Below are positions 59,305-64,000 of a DNA stretch of 64,000 nucleotides, one piece after another. Location: contig NC_135666.1 in assembly GCF_964188315.1 (NCBI RefSeq), positions 1,674,001-1,738,000 on the forward strand. The letters are read 5' to 3'. This DNA comes from Podarcis muralis (taxonomy: Eukaryota). A program made the position numbers and the translations under genes. Below the pieces are notes generated by a model that was given only the letters and a program-made list of their open reading frames with translations, was not told where the DNA came from and searched no databases. How positions within the stretch are numbered: the stretch's first letter is position 1; each line of letters opens with the position of its first letter.

Positions 59305-61175
59305 ATTTACTTTTCAGAGACTTTGATTAATATGTTCCACCTGGATCCTGAGTTCCACTTCTGAAGGCCTTCTGCCAGTTCCCTGATTGTGGGAAGTGAG
59401 GTTACATGGAACAAGGCTAGGGGCCTTTTTGATAGTGTCACCCGCCTTGTGGAACTCCCTCTTGTTAGATGTTAAGAAAATAAATAACTATCTGACTTTT
59501 AGATCAGGAAGTTTTTAATGTTTGTTAGTTTTACTGTGGTTTCACGAATTGTTAGAAATAATAATAATAATTTATAGGCTTTATAGGTCAAAACCAGCAC
59601 TTTGAATTGGGTGTGGATGCTAATTGGCAGCCAGTTCAGTTGGGCCAGGATCATTAATGCCCATCAAAATAGGTCGTAAGCACTGTAATAAGTAGAGGTC
59701 TGTCTACTCAGGACAGCCAGAACTGGGCAGAAGACTAAAGGGATTCCTTCCTTCTGATATCTTGGAGGCTTCCTGAGAGCCCAGGGGGAGGAGCCAGACT
59801 CAGCTGGCCCAGAAGCAGGAAGAGGCCATGCCATCCAAACTGGGAGCAGTGGGGGGTTGATTCCAGGCCGTGTCTAGCCCTCCTAGAAGGGAAGTGACCC
59901 CGCCAAATGTGATGGCAACTGAGGGATTTCTGTGAGATGAATCTCCCTGTTTGCTCCTGCCTTTTGGTGCTTTTGGTCAAGGAATTAATTTAGAACTGTG
60001 TTTGACTGAGTACAATTTTCACACCAGGCTGGGGGGGGGGTTGGGTTTCTAACCCTGGGGTTCTCAAGAGCTGCTCTCCCTCCTACCCCAGGAAAGAGCC
60101 CCCATCACCTTGGAGTGGCCCCATGTGCCCAGGCCATTAGACCATTTCAGGTCTCAGGTGTCCAGCATTGCCCTGGCAGCCTCGCCTTCAGTGAGGAAGA
60201 GCATGCCCAAATCCTCTTCCTGGGTCTCAGATAGCTTCACGGAGAGCTGATTTACACTCTGCTGCTAAAACATCCTGCCATTTGTTCCACTTTCAGGGTC
60301 AGGTAAGGAGAGATGCAATGCAGCGTAAGAGAGGGGAGATTCACAAATGCAGAACACTCAGAAACCGTGCCTAATACATTCTAAAAGGTTAATGGCAGTT
60401 AAAGTGGAGCATTATTGAGACGGCAAAGTCTGCTTCCTTGCTTCCCTCCCGGCCACCAGGAAGGCTCCATGAGGAACCCTCACCAGCCTTGGTTGCATTG
60501 GACCATAATTTTCCTCCCCTCCAGCCGTCTCCCAGCTTGTTTCCTCGCCCTAACCAGGTCTAACTCTGCGCTGCAGAAGAAGCCTTTTCTTTTCTCGGTC
60601 CTCCATTTTCCTTGTTTATTTATTGCATGAGTCAGGTTTCCGTTTTCACTTTTTGCGTATTTTTATGTCTGTCTACATGCAGCCAGTCCTCAGGGCACCC
60701 CCAGGGAGGAGGAACGGGGCCTTGAGGGCATGGGGCCAATGGAGCTCGTTCTGTCGGGGCTCACTTGTGGGGCGATGGCTGTGCCAGTGGGCAGGCTGCC
60801 CCACTTGGCTCTGTCGGAGTGGGCGCCAATAACTCAGGCTACACTGCTGTCCTGACCCAGAGGTCCCCTCCCCAAAGTGGATGAAAGGAAACTTACCTTG
60901 AACCTTTCCTGGCTTTGCAGAGAGGAAGGGGGCAAGACCCTCTGCTCCCTGACTTCAGGGTCCCCCCATGCATGGGCAAAACACATACACCCCAACATCT
61001 CACTGATTCAAATAGGGATCCTGTGCCCTAGCCACTCTAGGCAGCTTCCAACATATATGAAAACATTATAAAACGTTAAGCAAAAACGCTTCCCTATGCA
61101 GGATTTGGGGGTTGGATAGCTCCATCTCCCTCCGACACATCTCCAATGAAAATAGGGACGTCCTAAAGGAAAATG

Positions 61176-61419
61176 GCTCCTGCCAGCCTAGCAGTTCAAA
61201 AGCACGTCAAAGTGCAAGTAGATCAACTGGTACCGCTCTGGCGGGAAGGTAAACGGCGTTTCTGTGCGCTGCTCTGGTTCGCCAGATGCAGCTTAGTCCT
61301 GCTGGCCACGCGACCTGGAAGCTGTATGCTGGCTCCCTCGGCCAATAAAGCAAGATGAGCGCCGAAACCCCAGAGGTGGCCACGACTGGACCTAATGGTC
61401 AGGGGTCCCTTTACCTTTT
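61176..61419 (+). mobile_element. 5'-truncated Sauria SINE
   Basis: Matches the 3' two-thirds of the SINE at 63402-63749. Confidence 0.8.
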
Positions 61420-61572
61420 AATGATCCCTTTTAAGGGAAAAGGGGGCATTCCAGGATAAAATCAGAAACCAGGACAGCTTCTCTAAATCAGGGACAACCC
61501 TGGAACATAGGGGCACTTGGAAGGTGTGTGAACAGGCCCTGCATGCACATACCCCTATTACCCTGGGACTCC

Positions 61573-61703
61573 NNNNNNNNNNNNNNNNNNNNNNNNNNNN
61601 NNNNNNNNNNNNNNNNNNNNNNNNNNNNNNNNNNNNNNNNNNNNNNNNNNNNNNNNNNNNNNNNNNNNNNNNNNNNNNNNNNNNNNNNNNNNNNNNNNNN
61701 NNN
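61573..61703. other. Assembly gap (131 N)
   Basis: Run of N. Confidence 1.
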
Positions 61704-62170
61704 TCTCTTCCGCTGGAAAGCAGGAGTTCCAGAGGAGCCCAGTGCATCGCGCACAGCCAGAGATGCTTTATTTTGAGGGACCCTCCTGGCTGGCCTCTGA
61801 GCTGCTCCCTTCCTTGGTCAGGAACAGGAGGAGGAGCAAGCAGGGGAAAAGGCTCTGCAAGAAGTAGGCAACCCCATCCTAGAGGGAGAGGGTTGGAAGA
61901 GGAGTGTGTGTGTGTGGGGGAATCCTCTTTGGCATTAAGAATAGCCATAGGACAAAAGCTCTGGTGCAGAGCATTCATCTCTTCCATCTCTTCCCAGGCA
62001 GAAGGTTCTAGGGGTTGCGCCAACCTTGTGGGGTAGGACTATTGTGGAGCTGGAAAACCTTTGGTGAGCATCTGATACCTGGCTATGAAACCTCACCTGT
62101 CTCCTCAGGGGAACCTCCAAGGAAGCAAAATCCACCACCATCTTACCACCAGAAAGTTCTTCCTGGTAAG

Positions 62171-62345
62171 AAAATTCCTTCCAGTAGCACCTTAAGAGAG
62201 CAACTACGTTTGTTATTGGTATGAGCTTTCGTGTCTATCTGAAGAAGTCCATGCACATGAAAGCTCATACCAATAACAAACTTAGTTGCTCTCTAAGGTG
62301 CTACTGGAAGCAATTTTAAAATTTTGTTTTGACTACGACAGACCA
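62171..62345. mobile_element. Second Penelope-like inverted-repeat remnant (imperfect)
   Basis: Same family as 33662-33850, with mismatched arms. Confidence 0.6.
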
Positions 62346-63319
62346 ACACGGCAGACCAACTTCTTCCTGATATTTAGTCACAATCTCCTTTCTTGTAACT
62401 TGAGGCCATGGGTTCGTGTCCTACCCTGCGGAGCAGCAGAAAACAAGCTTGCTCCATCTTCCATGAGGCAGCCCTTGAGATATTGGGAGGTGGCGTTCGC
62501 ATATTTCATTCTGGCAGATCTCAGTGAGGAGTAAGAAGACAAATAGTTCCTGCTTTTTTGTCAATGAAGATGGGGGACGCTACATCTATCCCAGTAAATA
62601 TTCATATTGATTTTTAGTTGTATTTTAGTTCCTTCTCTTATCCAGCATATTATATTGCATTGCACTTTGAATTTTGTGGAATATGAAAAACTGCAATGTG
62701 TAAGATATAAAAGGAGCAATAAAAAAAATACAATTAAATATCATGCAGCCTCTAGCAGAGAACATTGGCCAGGGCCTGGGGCTGATAACATTGAGGTCGT
62801 GGTTTCTGGGACAGCTGCATATTCCTGCATTGCAGGGGGTTGGACTAAATGATCTTCAGAGCCCCTTCCCACTCTACAATTCTGGGATCCTGCCACAAAA
62901 GCTACAATAAACTGAATGAAATCATTAAGTGGCCAGAAATTTCCAAGTGGCTTCTGGTGGTGGGAGTTTGGAAAACCCTGCCGTAAGCTGTGCTGAGCAC
63001 TTGGGCTGAGAAGCAGCATGCGCACCACCTCAAGGTATCCTTACACTTCTGTCCAGTTGTGGGCCAGCGTGGTCAGTATGAGTCCAATGGGCACCTGGAG
63101 AGGAGGTCGCTCCAAGGAGACACCAGCCAGGTCCCAGAGGAGAGGGGGGAGACTCCACCAGGCAAGGCCTCCTTCCACCTGCCTTGCTCCACCCTCTGGT
63201 TTCTGCTTCTCAATTTGCATTGTATTATTTTATATACTGTGGCTTGCCATTGTTTTATTGATTATAGTTTAGAAATTAGTGTAAGTGTTGAGTGGATTTC
63301 TGTTTAACTTTTATATGTT

Positions 63320-63321
63320 GA

Positions 63322-63376
<55 letters not shown>
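63320..63376. repeat. (TTA)n microsatellite
   Basis: Perfect TTA run. Confidence 0.95.
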
Positions 63377-63401
63377 TTATACTATTCTAATGATCGTTGA
63401 A

Positions 63402-63749
63402 GGGATGTGGGTGGTGCTGTGGGTTAAACCACAGAGCCTAGGACTTGCCGATCAGAAGGACGGCGGTTCGAATCCCCGTGACGGGGTGATCTCCCGTTGC
63501 TCGGTCCCCGCTCCTGCCAACCTAGCAGTTCGAAAGCATGAAGTGCAAGTAGATCAATAGGTACCGCTCTGGCGGGAGGGTAAACAGCATTTCCGTGCGC
63601 TGCTCTGGTTCGCCAGAAGCGGTTCAGTCCTGCTGGCCATATGACCCGGAAGCTGTACGCCGGCTCCCTTGGCCAAGAAAGCGAGATGAGCACCACAACC
63701 ACAGAGTCGTCTACAGCTGGACCTAATGGTCAGGGGTCCCTTTACCTTT
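63402..63749 (+). mobile_element. Sauria SINE, full length
   Basis: tRNA-like head with ggttcgaatccc B-box; 14-bp TSD taatgatcgttgaa (63388-63401 and 63750-63763). Confidence 0.9.
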
Positions 63750-64000
63750 TAATGATCGTTGAATGTTCTTTTTTGATGTAGGTTGCTTGTTTTAAAGTTT
63801 TGTTTTATTATCACCTTTTTACCTTGCATTAGATTGTTATAAGATGTACATTTTTTGTTTCTTCAGGTTGTAAGCCACCTTGAGTACTGTAAGATAGAAA
63901 GACAGTATACAAATTAAAGATGAGGATGAGGATGATGCTGAAGGTGCCCTCCTTGCGGAAGCTCAGCAGGTCGATGGTGACAGTTTGCAAACTGGTGTTC

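Larger units (their letters stand above)
51590..60843 (+). repeat. Right arm of the inverted segmental duplication (partner ~1253-13110)
   Basis: Promoter, MITE 52422-52637, all exons, introns and 3' flank are reverse complements of the gene A region. Confidence 0.85.

Noticed and set aside
61418-62036. ORFs spanning the N run
   Set aside because: Open only because the 131-N gap contains no stop codons.
63920-64000. Possible minus-strand exon fragment (NTSLQTVTIDLLSFRKEGTFS) at the window end
   Set aside because: Too short, no clear donor, and not recognisable; needs the adjacent sequence.

Overview
Eukaryotic genomic DNA from a squamate reptile, probably a lacertid lizard (Sauria SINEs, CR1/L2/L1 LINEs, Penelope-like fragments); no prokaryotic systems. 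The window is a SCAN-KRAB-C2H2 (ZKSCAN-like) zinc-finger gene cluster. Four genes splice into continuous reading frames: A (-, 7121-11797, 13 fingers), B (+, 14658-18401, 12 intact plus 1 degenerate finger), E (+, 36320-39718, 7 fingers, array cut by CR1) and H (+, 52980-59304, 10 fingers). There is also a SCAN-only remnant G (49939-50728) and smaller SCAN debris. A complete 4-exon LAMTOR4 gene lies on the minus strand (20978-22957). A and H are arms of an inverted segmental duplication (~1253-13110 vs ~51590-60843) with near-identical scaffolds but largely different finger arrays, and each arm supplies the empty site for the other's TE insertions. Most unusual elements: (1) a very young 7126-bp LTR element (646-bp LTRs with 2 visible mismatches, 5-bp TSD, tRNA-Lys-like PBS) whose 5.8-kb interior is non-coding, inserted into an intronless KIF4 retrocopy that also carries a solo LTR; (2) two solo LTRs whose U3 region is an open acidic-then-basic reading frame in the same phase; (3) a Tc1/mariner-type MITE containing a CpG-rich array of 90-bp hairpin repeats; (4) an intact-ORF L2 and a near full-length CR1. 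All coordinates, alignments and translations were read by eye; no database searches were run.
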